Positions 14,830 to 29,773 are shown, counted from the first letter of the whole stretch. The stretch: DNA of 63,885 bases, filler included, from Bigelowiella natans CCMP2755 (GCA_000320545.1; 6 parts of 6 records of this genome joined end to end with filler, not necessarily neighbours in it), one strand, 5' to 3'. Numbers and translations: made by a program. The notes: generated from the letters alone by a model not told the origin.

Positions 14830-16033
14830 TCTCTTTCTCTCATCGATAACTAGCACGACAGCACAGTATATCAATTATTATTAAAATGTAGCAATTGTGG
14901 AACATCGATGGTTTTCAAGCATGCGGCCTTGCCAGAAGAATTGATATTGATAGATGCTCCTGCTCTCATTTACGAAATCAAATTAGAATGTTACTCCTCC
15001 ATTGCTGTTTCATCGTTGTTCGTCGACTGCCCTTTGAATGATAATGAGCAAAATTCGGTCTCGCATTGTTGTCAGGAACCCATGACGCAAACGTGGCCCT
15101 GCCCATTGCGATGAAGATACACCAAGTGCGTGTTGTATTCCCCCCTTACGCTCCACATCCACGCTAAAGTGGATTTGCCTGTTTATTCCTCAGGCGGCCG
15201 GCAAGACGAGCACTCTCGTTGTCGTCATGAATGGTATCGATGTGTATATAGTAATAATTATGTGTCAAGGAGATGTGTTGATAGAGGCAACCTAGAAAGC
15301 ATCGATGGGGTTTTGTACCTGCACAGGATTCATAGTCTTCCATGTTTTCCCTTTTATTTTGGAAAGTATATCGAAAAGCAACGATTTCGGGTGTTGATAC
15401 GTTGGAGACGCCTTCACACATATTTCTTTCAGGAGAACATATCTTTGCTTTTAAGCGTCATCTGGTCTATCCGTTGGCGAAGAGGTATTGTGTGTGTGTA
15501 CGAGCGGATGATGGCCAACACTTGCAGGACTCTGCAGAGCGAAAACACATGGTGTACACATATGATTAGGTTCATCTTGCACACGCTATTCGGGTCGCGT
15601 GTGGCAAAGCCATTAGCCCACAATATCAACTTGGTCAATTCAACAATTATCTCGATGACCGATTCTCCTGAGAGCATAACAAGAACACAACAACAACTAT
15701 AACAACAAGACCGCTGCCGTACTATGTCGTCGTCATCATCGATATTTATCACAGGTGAGTGCGACAAGAGAGGGGGGCACTCGGTCGTTGAGCGTGGAGC
15801 CTGCAGATTTGGAAGTAGTCAAGAAAAATCGTTTCTGCTCTTTCCGGACGAGGCAATGGTGGAGGGGCGGAGGAGGCGAACCTCGCCCAAGGATGATAAA
15901 GAAGAGAAGCAGCAGCGCGGCTCGTAGGAAAAGGAGAAGTAAACAGCGCACAAAAGGCGTTGGTATTGGGCCAAAGAGCATCGCTAGTGCTGGGGATAGC
16001 ACCCTGGCAGGCTACATTGGCTACAACGAATAA
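11154..16033 (+). CDS. Multi-exon hypothetical protein, possibly alpha/beta-hydrolase fold, with basic low-complexity termini
   Basis: Many small GT-AG exons: GIVVCAPGSLGGLGP, VYGAIYIRLGLELA, AVLQIDW, VLAVVSFAGS. The exon chain is not fully resolved. Confidence 0.4.
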
Positions 16034-16050
16034 TGAGTCTAGGTGTGGTG

Positions 16051-16081
<31 letters not shown>

Positions 16082-17182
16082 GCCTCCTCCTTCATCGTGT
16101 TGATCATCGGATATGCAGTAGGCCGATACTACGCTACAAAGTAGTATCTATGAGAAAAACGATTTCTGATGATCAATGACCTTCCATTAGTCTGCATTTG
16201 CAAACTGTGGCCGTTGTTGCGCCCTCTTCAGATTGGGCATCGATGCGCTGTACACGGGAAATGGTATCCTGTTGTTGGTTGATTCAACTTGTTCTTCAAT
16301 TCGAAAACAGCAGATGTTGCGCGTCGATGCGGCGCGACAGTCTAAACTATACAAACCATGCGCGTGCATGTATGTTGAACACCCGCAGCCTGTCGGGCTG
16401 TTGTCCTTAATCTCGTGCGCGATCAAGATAGGCAAGCTGCAAAACTTGTCATAATTTTACACTTGTGATTAAAATGTCTAAACATGAGACGGATGTAATG
16501 AATTAATTAAATCTTTTGCGTTTTTTGCAACACTGTGCGCGCACTCCAAGAAAACTAGTATACTAGAAATGATGCCTTGCATGCTAGCATGCATTGTGCC
16601 AAACACAGTATATGACAACACTTTTTTGCAGCACACAGTATTGAAGGAACAAACAGCTAAAAATTGAGAAATTGATCGGCACTTATAAAAAAATTGAACA
16701 TGCAACGTAGGTCTAAGTTTGCATTATGAAGAGCAGGCTTAACGTGATACCAGCACAAATATTAGCCATGCATCTACACATCTAGATATGTTTGTGTAAC
16801 GTCTTCCCTCTATTATTCTCAAATTAGCACGAGTGCATACATGTAGCAAACCCTAGCCAAGGCATAAAACAACATTGCCTTCTGAAAATGTGCAAGCAAC
16901 TATTTTGTGTGCACACTAATCATCGCCATCGATCAGACCCATATTACACTTTGTGTAGGTTCCACGTAGCTAGTGATACATCGTGCGGAGTAGCAGCTAC
17001 ATCCGCTTCTATGCTGCATATTTACGACTAAGAATCTATATTTTGGATCCTCCACATTTGCTGCTCCCTCCTTAATGGCTGGCTAGCTGAGTGGCTGCTG
17101 CATATATACCACATAATGTTCTACAATTCCCTGCGTTTAACCTCCCTCCCTCTCCCTCTCTATCTCTCCCTCCTACCACCCA

Positions 17183-19203
17183 TCATCTGCAGGATGGTTC
17201 CTCTTTAATTTGAAGTACGCGAATCACATTAGCACCCGGTGCCCCCCCTGGCTGGTATCCGGTAACGACGATCAGGTCTCCTGTGGTGGCGAGCCCCTTT
17301 TGGAACGCAACCTCCCTTGCAAGCTCCTGCACTTCGTCAAAATTCGTACGGTTGTCGTAGCTGTCGTCATCGCTCTCAGTGACATTTTTCTCTCTCTTAT
17401 GGAAGTTTCGGATGCAGCCTGTGTAGATGGGGTACACGCCCCATGATATCGCCAGGAGTCGTGCCGTTGTGCGGCTATTGCTCAGAGCTACAATCGGTCG
17501 TGTGGATCTTTCCTGTGACAACCTCTGTGCGTTCTCGCCGGTCCTTCAAATTAGGAGAAGGAGGAGACGAAGAGGAAGAAGAAGACGATCATCACCACGA
17601 CGGCATGCAACAAACAGCATTTACGACTGCGAATTGTTATTGATTGCTGCTGCGGGAAAATTTAAGAAGAGTTCTTGTAAGAATTATCAGTGCTCTCATG
17701 GCTGAATGCCCTACATCGATCATCTACGCTCTCTGTCTCTTTCTCCTCCTCCTCCTTCTCACCATCACCCTTGCTTCTACCTCGTGAAACAGACGATACA
17801 AGAGGCACCAATATCTCGAGCTACTTTTCGTGCTGCTGGGATCATAGCGTCTTCTATCTTGGGAATCACTCGATTCTGTTTTCGGTAGGAGGAGGAGGAG
17901 GAGGAGGAGGAGGAGGAGGAGAGGAAAAATAGTAGCACTCAGTTGATGGACATTTCGCGCCGTCCTCATTTTGAGATCACTCACTATTTTGCATCATCAA
18001 TTTTGTGCATGCATGCGTGTATTATGAGGGGTACATAAAGACTTAGTCCTTCCCCGTCACATTTAGTAAAAAGGCGCTGTTGTTACGGAATCTGTATGTA
18101 TTGTTGGGGTTTTTCCCATGGGAAATTGTCTGTCTCCACATGCAGATCATGCTAGTACCCCATCGTTCTCCATTCTGTTTCCATATTCAGGGCTCATCTC
18201 CACCTCAGTGATGATCGATTCCATCGTTGACACCGCCTCCACCGGGTAGCTGCCCACTGCTGACTCTGCGCTCAGCATTACCTGATGATGCATCATCGGG
18301 GGGAGGAGGGAGGAGGACGGATGCAGAAGGAAAGTTGAACGAATGAATCATGGTATCACCACCAGCCGCGTCATACTACCTTGATATGATCAAACTAGTG
18401 TTGTTCATTATAGAGGGCTGTATATTCTGTTGTAGTGGTATTACCGCATCCGCCCCATCATAAATCGCGTTGGCTACATCGCTGGCCTCTGCGCGTGTTG
18501 GGGTGGGACAGGTGATCATTGACTCCAGCATCTGTGTCGCCACCACCACCTTGGCCATAGCACACAATTCACAGAGACAGAAAGAAAGCACCAGGTTAGC
18601 CGGTTACTTGCATGATGCTGTCCTGCTGCTCTCAGGGCCAATACTACCACTACTACCACTATTATTACTATTACCGGCTTTCCAACCCTTCTCATGTGAG
18701 AGACGAGTCTTTTTTGCACGACAGGAACTTGGTGCGGAGACAATTCGACACCGAGGTCCCCCCGTGCCACCATTATCCCGTCAACCTCCTCCGAGATCTA
18801 GCAGCCAACGAAGAAGAAGAACAAGAACAAGAAGAAGAGGAGGAGGAGAAGAACAAAAACCGTTGGATGGATTTCAATGTCGGAAGATCATCAGCACCAC
18901 TATTACATCTAGTAGTATAGTAATCTTACATACTTTATTGAAGTCCGAGACAGCAGCGGGTTTCTCAATTTTGGCCATGATTTTCGGTGGGCGCTTGTTC
19001 TTCCCCTTGTATTCCTCACTCACGTGGTCAACGACAATTTGCCGCAACTCCGCGACATCTGCTGCCTTTTGGACAAAGGAGAGTGCTATCCAGTCGACTC
19101 CTGCCTGATGATGGTGGTGGTGGTGATGATGATGATGATATCATGTTGATTATATTTATATCCCTTATTCTCTCGTTTTCCCCTATATACATGTGTATGT
19201 TCC

Positions 19204-19247
<44 letters not shown>

Positions 19248-20438
19248 GTTCTACATCCACTCCGAAGAGCGCGTCTTTCTTGTCTTTTTCAGTTAGGGCA
19301 GAGATTGGGAGCGTGACATCAGGCACGTTCACTCCCTTTCTCTCGGAGATCGCACCAGGCACCACCACCTCAGTTTCTGCGAAATCCGCTCCGCATTGCA
19401 ACACCCGTAGGCGTACCTGTTCAGTGTTTTTGTGTTTATAATATTGTCACACACACACACACACACACTCACTCACTCACTCCTTACAGAAGTATCGAAA
19501 TGTCGTCGTAAGCCTACCTTTCCATCATCCAGAAGCAGAGAGGTGTCAGGTCGCAGCGCAGAGAAGATCTCTGGGTGAGGCAGACATACTCTGGTGTGAT
19601 CTCCGAGTTCCTCACATAAGTCAAGGCGAAATCGCCCCCCCTTCTCCAGCTGTATCTTCTGCCCGCCTTTGAACTGGCCAATTCGGAGTTTGGGCCCCTG
19701 CAGATCGAGTAGAATTCCAATACTGCACATATACTTCTTATACTTTTCTTCAATTCCGCGAATATTCTGAACCACCTACATGCAGGAAGGTTATTAGTGT
19801 TATCATCATTTATTGTTATCTCGCGCCGCTGTCAAAACATGCACCGACCATGACAACATCGCCTTTATGAAGTGGCTATACATGAAAGCGTCGTTGCATT
19901 GTGAATTGCACCCGTGCGTTGTTTGTATTTTGGTATGCTTCAATCTAATCACACCTGGCGGTGTTTGTCGTGACTCCCATGAGAGAGGTTAATACGGAAA
20001 ATATCGACTCCGGATAGCCAGAGCTGTTCCAACATCTCAAACGACTCGGAGGCTGGTCCAACCTGCACAGGGCGTGTAAACAAGCAACATGTCAACAACA
20101 CAAACTTTATTCCTTATCGTACTAAGAGTACAGTGGCAAGTATCTTCGTCTTCGAGAAAGGCCCAGGAAATTTTGAAGGGTCAGTCATGGTTTTCTCCTC
20201 CTCAAAGGTGTTCTTCTCGGGCCGATCAGACCTAAAGCGATGATGGCGTTTAGCAGATATACATCACATATTTCTGGGCTATTTCTAGGCAAGGCTATCC
20301 AATTTGAAACCTCTCACTGCTGTGGTGGCGTATACTTGTCAGGCTACTTGCCCAGCGTGACACGCAAGTTTTCGCCCTCCATCCTCTTCGCGGCCCAACG
20401 GAAACCAGGCGATGGATACGCAGCAAAGACCTCCTCAT
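17183..20438 (-). CDS. pyk: Pyruvate kinase with predicted mitochondrial presequence (multi-exon)
   Basis: [106 protein letters not shown]-terminus [33 protein letters not shown]. Confidence 0.95.
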
Positions 20439-21131
20439 TTGAAGGGTTAATAGCCGGTGCAGAAGCAGGCGTGCTTCTTCTGGCTGCAGATACGTGTTTT
20501 CTGCGACCAAGTCAGTAGATCTATAGTGGCCCCCTCAACAAGTTCAAAGCCGCCGTTCTGGGTAGGGTTTGTTTCTTAGAGCACACTCTGACGACGTCAC
20601 CCTTCTCGACGGCAGGAGGCCTCCAACTTGACCTTTTATTACATCATGCATCGCATATTTATCGGTAAAATACAATCGAATTTATTGCTACGACAACGAT
20701 TTATGGACAATTTAGAAAATAATAGCCACGTTCCTCTCCCTGTAAAAAAGTCGGGCACAGCAAGATGGGATGATATTTGAGGCTTGTCGTACGGTGGAAT
20801 TTTCCTTGTTTTCTTGTTTTTGCTCTTGTTTTATCGGCTTGCTTCGGTCTGGTGGTAGTAGTGTCGCCTCGCTTGCTTGCTTGCCCCCATTGGAAGAAGA
20901 GAGTTTACCGACGACGAGGCCAACAGGAGAACCAAGAAAAAGGGTTGCCTTAGATTCTAAGATTTAGAGTAGATATTTGCTCAAGGTATAACCAAATAGG
21001 CTCTCTCTCCCCTCTTGTACTATTCTAAACGTTGGGTTGTGCGAGGGGCGTTAATGTGCAAACCAATGTTAAAAATATCTCTCAGAGTCGAGTGAACCTT
21101 ATTCGGTTCTTCGCGCTTGATGCAATCACCG

Positions 21132-21786
21132 ATGGGACAGGAAGGAGATTCGGTGAAATCAAAATATGCCTACTACTCTCTCCCTCTATCTCTCCCTCCC
21201 TCCCACCCTATCGTCTGAATCTAAAAATATCTTGTTCGATAGCCGCTCTTGGCAGCTGTGAGGTACGGCCACGCAGGCCTCGTTAAGAATCTTGTCGAGT
21301 CTAAGGCTCAGGTCAATTTCCAAAATGATCAGGTAGTGCGATCAGAATCATGCGGTTTCTTAGAACTACCGTGTTTAAGATTGTCGGTGAATATTAGGGA
21401 GCCACGCCTCTCATCGCTTCATCCATTCGCGGCCATACGGACATAGTGAAGACGCTCGTAGAGAACAAAGCTGATGTAAATCATACAACGAAGAATGGAG
21501 ACAGTGCACTCTCATTGGGTTGACCAACTAAATACAATAATGAATACGATTCTTGTTCGTAAAATTGCGTAATACGTATTGGTGGTGTATTATACTGCTT
21601 CTACTTTCTCAGCAACTTGGAAGAACCAAACTAAGACAGCACTGGTGCTACTCGAAGCTGGTTGTTTGCCGACGATTTAATCCTTCTTATGTATATTATT
21701 CAAATGCACATGTCGTCATACACGAGGAGACAAGAATAGGAAGAAGCACGTGTTCTGATGTGTCTTTTATTACAACAACTACTACA

Positions 21787-21824
<38 letters not shown>

Positions 21825-22361
21825 GGTGCCGATGTGCAGAGAACAGATCGTTATGGCGACACGGTGCTACATGATGCGGCAAAACATGGAGATCCTGTTC
21901 TGATGAAGAAACTCATAGAAATGGGAGCTGTGGTTGACAAGAAGAATACCGCGGGCCGCACTGCTTTGGTCAATTGTATGAATGCAAAGCATTTTGAGGT
22001 GGGTGCATACCAGAGTCATATTACAAGAATTGTGCTAATTGATATCTTGAGGCATTTCCGTATTATGATCATTTCATCGTTGTTGTTGTTGATGATGATG
22101 ATATCTCAGGGAACTAAACTACTGCTAGAATCACGCGCAATTGTGACCGCAGCAGTCTCTAAGATTGCCAAATCCAGTGGGTCGAAGGCGTTGATAAAGC
22201 TGTGCGAAGAATTCAAAGGAGGAGTGATTCCAAGCATGAAGGACGATGTCTTCCTTGACCATATTCGGAACAAGAAGCCAATATCAGACTTGGTACGGAC
22301 AATAAAAGAGATCGATCATAGGATGGGGGGGGAGGGAGGGGGGGAGGGGAGGGAGAAACTG

Positions 22362-22400
<39 letters not shown>

Positions 22401-22892
22401 CGGTATTGTTGCTTTGTTTGACCAGGATGATGACGTTGATCTTCTTCCATCCATCCATCCATCCATCCATCTCTCCTTTGATCATAGGTGTTCAATGAGA
22501 CAAAGGACAGGTGCTTGATGTTGGCAGCACGTTCAGGTCGCATGGACATGGTCAAAGATATCGTTGCGCACTATCCGGAGGAGATCAACCAGAGAAACGA
22601 CAAAAACTCCACAGCTCTTATCGCAGCAGCTATGCGGTATCATATAATTTACATTGTAGTGTGGATGTGTGTTGGGACGTTTTCATTCTGAGTCTATGGC
22701 TGTTGTTTAATACCCCCACCAATCATTCATCATCATCATCATCATCAATGCAGGGGGCATACGGATATCGTAGTGTGTTTGTTGGAGGCAAAGGCCGCAG
22801 TGAATGTCACCACAAAGAAGGGCGACACGGCATTATCTCTGGCGGTAACTAGATTAACAGAGGTCATGTTTCCGAGAATAGCATCATCAGTG

Positions 22893-22929
<37 letters not shown>

Positions 22930-24127
22930 TGCTATTTGCCACGATTTAGATTTGGAAGAACCATTCCGAGACTGCGATTGTGCTACTTGATGCGAAGGCA
23001 GATCCGACCAACGTCGACAGCTATGGAGATTCGGTTATTTGTTAATGAATGACAACATGATGCTTTACTGATAATGTTGACGAATGAGATTCATCATCCG
23101 TAATGGTTCATCCCCCCTCCCTCCCTTCCTTTCTCTCTCTCTCAGGTTCTGCACGACCTCTCCCGCAATGATAACATCCGCGTAATGCTCGAGGTGCAGG
23201 ACTGCCTGAAAGACCCTAACTTCGAGCCTTTAAGCGACAATCTGTCGGTAATGAATACGGTAGTAGTGATAGAGTAGGAAGTAGCGAAGACACGAGATTC
23301 TTTTCCTTCATCTATTTTTCTCTTTTAGGATATATTTTCTCAACGAATCACATCTCGTTTTGCCTTCTTTAGATGTGATGATGATCATCATCATCATCGT
23401 CATCATCGTCATCATCGTCATCATTGTTGTCATTCATTCACCTTAAGCAGTCAACATCAAGAAATACGCGTCCCAAGCACCTTTCTGTGTGTGCAAACTG
23501 CCAGAAAACGAATTGCCAGTTGCAAAATTGCTCCCGGTAGTGCAGTATCACCCTGTTATCTGTAACTAATATAACACTTGGCCAAAGATTCCCTCTTCTT
23601 CTTCTTCTTCTTCTTCTTCTGTGCTTTACCGTTGTGCTCCTCTTACATTGGGTAGGTGCAAAAATGTAGCATATTGCTCCCGTGATTGCCAAATCAAACA
23701 CTGGAAGCTTGGACACAAGTTGGTATGCAAGCCTGCTGCTAAGGCGACTGCCGCCTCCTCCTCCTCCTCCACCTCCTCCTCTACCTCTTCCTCAACAACG
23801 ACAACAGAGAAGGGTGGAGAAAGCAAAGAGAAGGAGGTGAAGGGCGGACCTGAAACGGTGAGTCGTCGTCGTAGCATCATCGTATCGTTAGAATAGGTGC
23901 TGCTACCCGATATACTGAATCAAATGATGTTCCCATATCTACATTGCACAGCTGCAGAGAATGGTGGATGTGCGTAACAAGAAGGACATCAGCCCGCTCT
24001 CCTGTGCCATAAGCTCCAAAAAGATCAACATGGTAGTAGTATTAGTAGTAGCAGTAGTAGTAGTAGTAGATGTAGTGGTAGTAATAGTAGTGGCAGTCAT
24101 TTTATCCATCATCCTCTCACCATCATT

Positions 24128-24158
<31 letters not shown>

Positions 24159-24182
24159 GTATCATGACCGTTATTATCGTTG

Positions 24183-24221
<39 letters not shown>

Positions 24222-24468
24222 ACTGTGTCGTTGATCAGGTGCGGTTGTTGCTAGATATGAAAGCAGAAGTCACTGATACAGAGCTTCATCAGTCATACGC
24301 GAATCCTGTATGTGAACATATCAGCAAGCAGTGAATGATTAGTACGAGTAGTAGTAGTAGTAGTAGTAGTAATAGTAGTAGCAGTAGAATGTAGTTGCAG
24401 AAACAGAAGCATAGTTGTTCTAGATGTTATATGTGTGGTAACTGTTAACATCATCTGCATACTACTAC

Positions 24469-24499
<31 letters not shown>

Positions 24500-24532
24500 T
24501 TTGTGCAGGAGAAGAAGACCATCGTGGAATAG
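21132..24532 (+). CDS. Ankyrin-repeat protein with MYND-type zinc finger (multi-exon; 3' end uncertain)
   Basis: Ankyrin motifs (GDTVLHDAAKHGD, GRTALVN, NSTALIAAAMRGHTDIV). MYND: CANCQKTNCQLQNCS / RCKNVAYCSRDCQIKHWKLGHKLVC. Confidence 0.85.
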
Positions 24533-24812
24533 GCACTAGACGAGCGTAAGCTACCTCTTTTGAAGGATGATACCGAGGATGCATTCCTCGACGCGTTGTC
24601 AGCATCTTCGATCTCCAATCCACGCAGCGGACCAAATAATGTATGCGTGACTGTTGGAATGTATGATCGTATATATATAAGTAGGTCTTCTCTTCCTTAC
24701 ATTCTACAGATATGTGTATAGTATAACATCTTTTTCGCCCGTCTTCTTCTATACTATCTCGCATCGCTGGCTACCTGAAGAGCAGCAGCATCCCGGCAAG
24801 TGCATCATGCAC

Positions 24813-24912
24813 NNNNNNNNNNNNNNNNNNNNNNNNNNNNNNNNNNNNNNNNNNNNTTAATTAATTAANNNNNNNNNNNNNNNNNNNNNNNNNNNNNNNN
24901 NNNNNNNNNNNN
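24813..24912. other. Artificial contig spacer (N-run, TTAATTAATTAA, N-run)
   Basis: A 100-nt spacer with a stop-in-all-frames core. Identical spacers occur at 27210-27309, 48005-48104, 55568-55667 and 57491-57590, so neighbours across them are not necessarily linked. Confidence 0.98.
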
Positions 24913-25059
24913 CATCAACGCCGATTTTCCTTCGTTATTCTCACGAAATTCACCATCACTACTTAAACTACTACTGCTACTACTGCTACTACTGCTACTA
25001 CTACTTTATTAATAATAATAACAATAACAATAATGATAATAATAATAATGATCACAATA

Positions 25060-25284
25060 TGACGGTGAACGCAATCGACCTTGAGCGACCCAAGCTCCGC
25101 ATTGAGGATGATGGAGGGGAGGGTCTTTATCAACGGGGATATAGCGCTTGAGAACGCCACGGGAAGATCCAGAGGGTGCAGTATCATCTGTAGGGTAGGG
25201 GACAGTGTAGAGAAGGGGGGGGGGGATCAGACTAGATGCTCACGACGCGAAGCCACGACGGTCTCCGATAGGAATTAAACGAAT

Positions 25285-25326
<42 letters not shown>

Positions 25327-25711
25327 CTCTCTCTTATACACACACGTACACACACACAACCACACCGTTCTAGCGCCCTTTGCCTCCTCCTTCCACCCCG
25401 ACTTTGCTGTGTGGTTTTTGGTCGGCAATTCGTTAGAGGAGGGAGTACAATAGAACCCACGATATTAGCATATATGTTGATTTCAGTGGCTTCCGCAAAG
25501 TGTTGTGCAGCATGATGCGGCAAGACATTTGTGTGTGTGTACGTGTGTATGTGTGTGTGCGCGCGCGTGTACAGCAACCTTTGGCCAGGAAGAGCATGAT
25601 ATCCTTAACCTGTGGAAAGTTAACACATTCGAAAGCAGCCATTTACATTTTTCCAGACCGAAGAAATCACTGATAAGGTGTTTGCTGCCCGGGAACACTA
25701 CAAGCAGGCCA

Positions 25712-25753
<42 letters not shown>

Positions 25754-26819
25754 CAGAGACAGACAGACACACGCGTACGCGCACACACTCGGTCGCACGC
25801 ACAGCACCTCGAGCTTGAACCGGTCGTAGAGAGTTATATGAAACTCCTCCGTCAGGGCGCCGCTCTTGTTTGCCCTCTCCAAAATGGCCTGAATTATGGG
25901 GATTTAGCGGTTTTGGGGGTTCGGGGCGACGCATAACTGCCGCCAACAATACAATCGGAACGCCGCTGTCATCGAGCGCAATCTGGAACTTGCAACAGCA
26001 AGGTGCCTCTGTTGAGGCGCAAATGCACGCAAAAGCTCTGCCGCACAAGAATGCTCATGGCCATGCTGGGAATGGCTAGCCGCGGCGCCGCACAACCAGC
26101 GCATTTTCGGAGCCGGAGGCCATTTGCTTCTTCGCCAGGAGAGATCTGGACAAAACGTAGTGGGTTTCGACGATGGCGATGATGATGGTGGTGATGGTAA
26201 TGGTGGGGATAAAGTGGTAGGTGTGCGGGCTGCAAACCGTGATTGAAAATTTTCGCATTTGACAACACAACCCAGATCGCTAAGATCGGACTTCCCCCCT
26301 CCTCCCTCCTCCCTCCTCCCTCCCCCCTCCCCTCTTCTCCTTCCCCCCTCCTCTCTTCCCCTCCCCCGTCCCTAAATTTGGGGCCCCATCCCCATCCCAA
26401 CAACAGCAGGAGCAACCTCCCGTCGATAGGAGGAGCATCTAATAGAGAATAAACGTACTGGAAGTTGATCGTCCCGAGGTCAAGGACAATGAGGTCGGAA
26501 TTCGCGCTGAAAGGGTCGCCAGGGACGACGATGCTCGGCGCCTACCAGACAAGGCAACGATGGCATGAAGCTGGGGGGGAATTGGGGGCTATCGAAACGG
26601 GGAGGATGAGAAGCGGGGGCGGGTATGTTCGGTGGTAGTGAGAATTAGCATGTTCTTTACCTCGACGCAAACAGCGAGCTGCACGCGCTGGCGGTTCTTA
26701 ATCTGCAGAGGTCAAACAGCAGCGGAGCAGTCAATAATCAACGTTGACAATCACCCACCTACAACCGACCCGCAGATCTCACAAACACGTCCTTATCCGT
26801 CCTCACCGCCAAGCCCCGC

Positions 26820-26856
<37 letters not shown>

Positions 26857-27050
26857 GCGATCATCCTACCGCATCTTGGAACTGCGCCCTGGCTTGCTCA
26901 ATCCGCTCCGCGGCCGCCTGTGCCGCGGCCTGACATATCACCCAATACCGGACGGCATCATCAGCATCCCAGCAAACGCGGCCATTTTTCGCACGCACAG
27001 CACGCAGGCAGACCTTCTGAATCTCGCTAAGATCGACGGGTCTTTCCGGT
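25060..27050 (-). CDS. VPS13: VPS13-family lipid transfer protein, internal fragment
   Basis: APSIVVPGDPFSANSDLIVLDLGTI, TLYDRFKLE and ILHPLDLPVAF...LPSIILNAELGSLKV match the chorein/VPS13 N-terminal repeat region. The contig is truncated on both sides. Confidence 0.7.
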
Positions 27051-27759
27051 GTCACGAACCAGATGATTTTGGTGATGAGCGATGGAATGTACGTGATGTC
27101 GACTCTGGGGATGCGAGAAAGGGGGAGGGGGGGGAGTATGGGGGGAGGATGGTCGCAAGAAATTGACAACAAATAATGTGATGTGTCACACCTGGCTGTT
27201 TTGTCTAGANNNNNNNNNNNNNNNNNNNNNNNNNNNNNNNNNNNNNNNNNNNNTTAATTAATTAANNNNNNNNNNNNNNNNNNNNNNNNNNNNNNNNNNN
27301 NNNNNNNNNGAGAGAGAGAGAGAGAGAGAGAGAGAGAACAACCCGTCCAGCAAAAAGCACAGCAAACAGTGTTAGTTCGGGCGGGTCAAGTTCCTCAACA
27401 AGTTTGAACAAAAGTCTTTCGTCCCCTCCCTCCCCCTCCCCCCCAAAAGCTCACCACAAAACACAAACGAACACAACCCAGATCGCAACAGGCGACAGGC
27501 GCTGAGGATTCCGGCCACAGAAGATTGAAAAATTAGTTAAGATTTTATCATCAAGAATCATTAGTTTTTGAAACCTTTTCGCGAAGTTGATCTTCCAGGG
27601 TAACACAGTTTCTTGGGGAGGGGGAGGGGGGGGGGGGGGGGGGTGCGGACAATCGTTGGTAGTTTTTCGTTCAGAGAAGATCGCCTACCTACCCCCACAT
27701 ACCGTGTAAAGACACATATAACCACGAGACGTAATCGCCACAATTCTATGGTTAACGAC

Positions 27760-29108
27760 AATGGTGCTCGCCTCCTCGCTCGAGACCGAAGCATCTGGCA
27801 GGTCTACATCCGTTGCCCGCAACACGTCGATGGACGAAAAGTCGCCGTATTTCTCACACCTGAGCGTTAGTGAATTCTCCGGTTACGATTTCGAGCCTGC
27901 CCGTCTCATCTTATATGCATCGGCGCGAGAGCGGCGCTAGCGGTAGTCGAACGGGAGGGTTGGTTGCTGTTGGAGGCAAAAACCTCTTCACTTCGCCGAG
28001 GAGGACCGTTTCCCCATGAGAAACCCCCCATATGCTCAGAAACCCCTACGAGACGGCGAAAAAAAAAAAGGATCGTTAGCCCGATGAGTGCCGGACAAGG
28101 GAAGCAATTCAATCCCCAACCGGCGAGACTGCGAACAGCACGCGGCCGTTGTCGCGTCGCTCAGAAGTCACAAGGCCGTGGATCTCGGTGCTACTGCTCG
28201 CCTGGGAAGAGACGGGCGGCCTCCGCGGCCGAAGGACTCGAGGCCCCGAGACGGGGAGCAGCATATTCGAGAAGGAAGGCTCAGTTCTGCAGGTTGCGTC
28301 GATCAGTTGACGATCCCACTTTAGACAGTAAAGTATACAATAATTTAACGATAAATAATGACAAACCCTTTGTTGCAACTTTCCATTTACCTGAGTGATA
28401 AATTATAAATTCTAATGGATATCGTAGATGATATTAACCGGGTACTTCCTAACAATATTTCCTACAGTTTCAGCCTATCACTCCAACCACCGCCAATGAT
28501 GACGTCGACGTCGACGTCTCGCTGGCTCCAACTAGCCCTTTGGACAGCGATGCAATGGGTCGCTACAGCTTCGCTCAAGACCCACCGAACATACCTGAAG
28601 CCGACAAATTGCTTGGTAATCAAGGCAGCACGTTCTCCGCCTCGTGTTTCCAATTAGAGACATCGGAGCTCTTTTTTGTGGTCTCAAAACCTTGCCTTTG
28701 CCAGGTTCGAATGGGGGCGCTTTGGACGCGCTCTCACACGTTGCAAGCGAACCGAGAGTCATTTTCTCCCACAGTAATGGCGTATCGCCGGAGGATCTCT
28801 TCTATGGGGGCGATGCAGGCAAGCGTGTTTTTGCACGTGTGTTTTTGGAACAGAGGATAACACCTCTGACTATTAGCGTCCTGGTCAGTACTCAGCATTT
28901 ATTTTCCCGCTTTTGCCCCCTCCCCCCCCCTCACCAATCCCCGTAGAACAATCAAGCCGAGCAGTCTATGGCATCGCCCGGAGACATAGTTTCTAGCTAC
29001 TTTGAGTGCTGGAATAGGCGTGATATGGAAGCTGCAATCGCTCTCTTCGATGAAAACAATCTACGATATGAAGATACCCTGTCGGCCACAGATATATTTA
29101 TATAGATG

Positions 29109-29149
<41 letters not shown>

Positions 29150-29742
29150 TTATGATAAGATGCAAAACGCCCGCGGCTTTGCGCACGAAACTCCTATCAA
29201 ATTATCAAAAGCGTGGCGTCGGCATGTACGTCGCAGGTACCCGAAAGTGTTTACGGAGAAGGAGCAGCTGAAGAGGCACCTCCTCGGAATAGCAGCTGTC
29301 CTGCCAGGTACAGGTTAGCACTGGTGACATGCCGCCGCGCGCGATTCGAGGTGGATCAACACGTGGATATGCGCGACGTCGGAACGAGTGATCTGAAACA
29401 CGAAGTTGTGATGAATGTTTTGCTCGGGGCCGAGTGATGTTTGCAAGCCAGCTCTCCACCATGTTAATGCGCATTACTTGCGTGCTTAGGTAACTTCGAG
29501 TTCATCCTCGATGATCTCTCCGTTGCGTCGCCTAACGAGGCCGGAGTATCACACGTGGGTGTCCAATGGCATGTTGGGCTAAGCGACGGAGTTGAGCTAC
29601 CGTTCACCAGAGGATGCAGGTAACGAGAATGTGCGGGTCTGATTGGAACAAATAATTCGTTTCATAATGATGGTGATGATGATGATGATGGTAGTGGTGG
29701 TGGTGGTGATGACAATGATGCTTAGAGTATACGATGGGAACG

Positions 29743-29773
<31 letters not shown>

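Noticed and set aside
24509-24640. In-frame TAG (24530) followed by coding-looking sequence, suggesting stop-codon reassignment
   Set aside because: It is a single case. Other genes (SufE, CR effector, NYN, kelch) appear to end at TAG normally, so a true stop, a nonsense allele or a mis-inferred exon is more likely.
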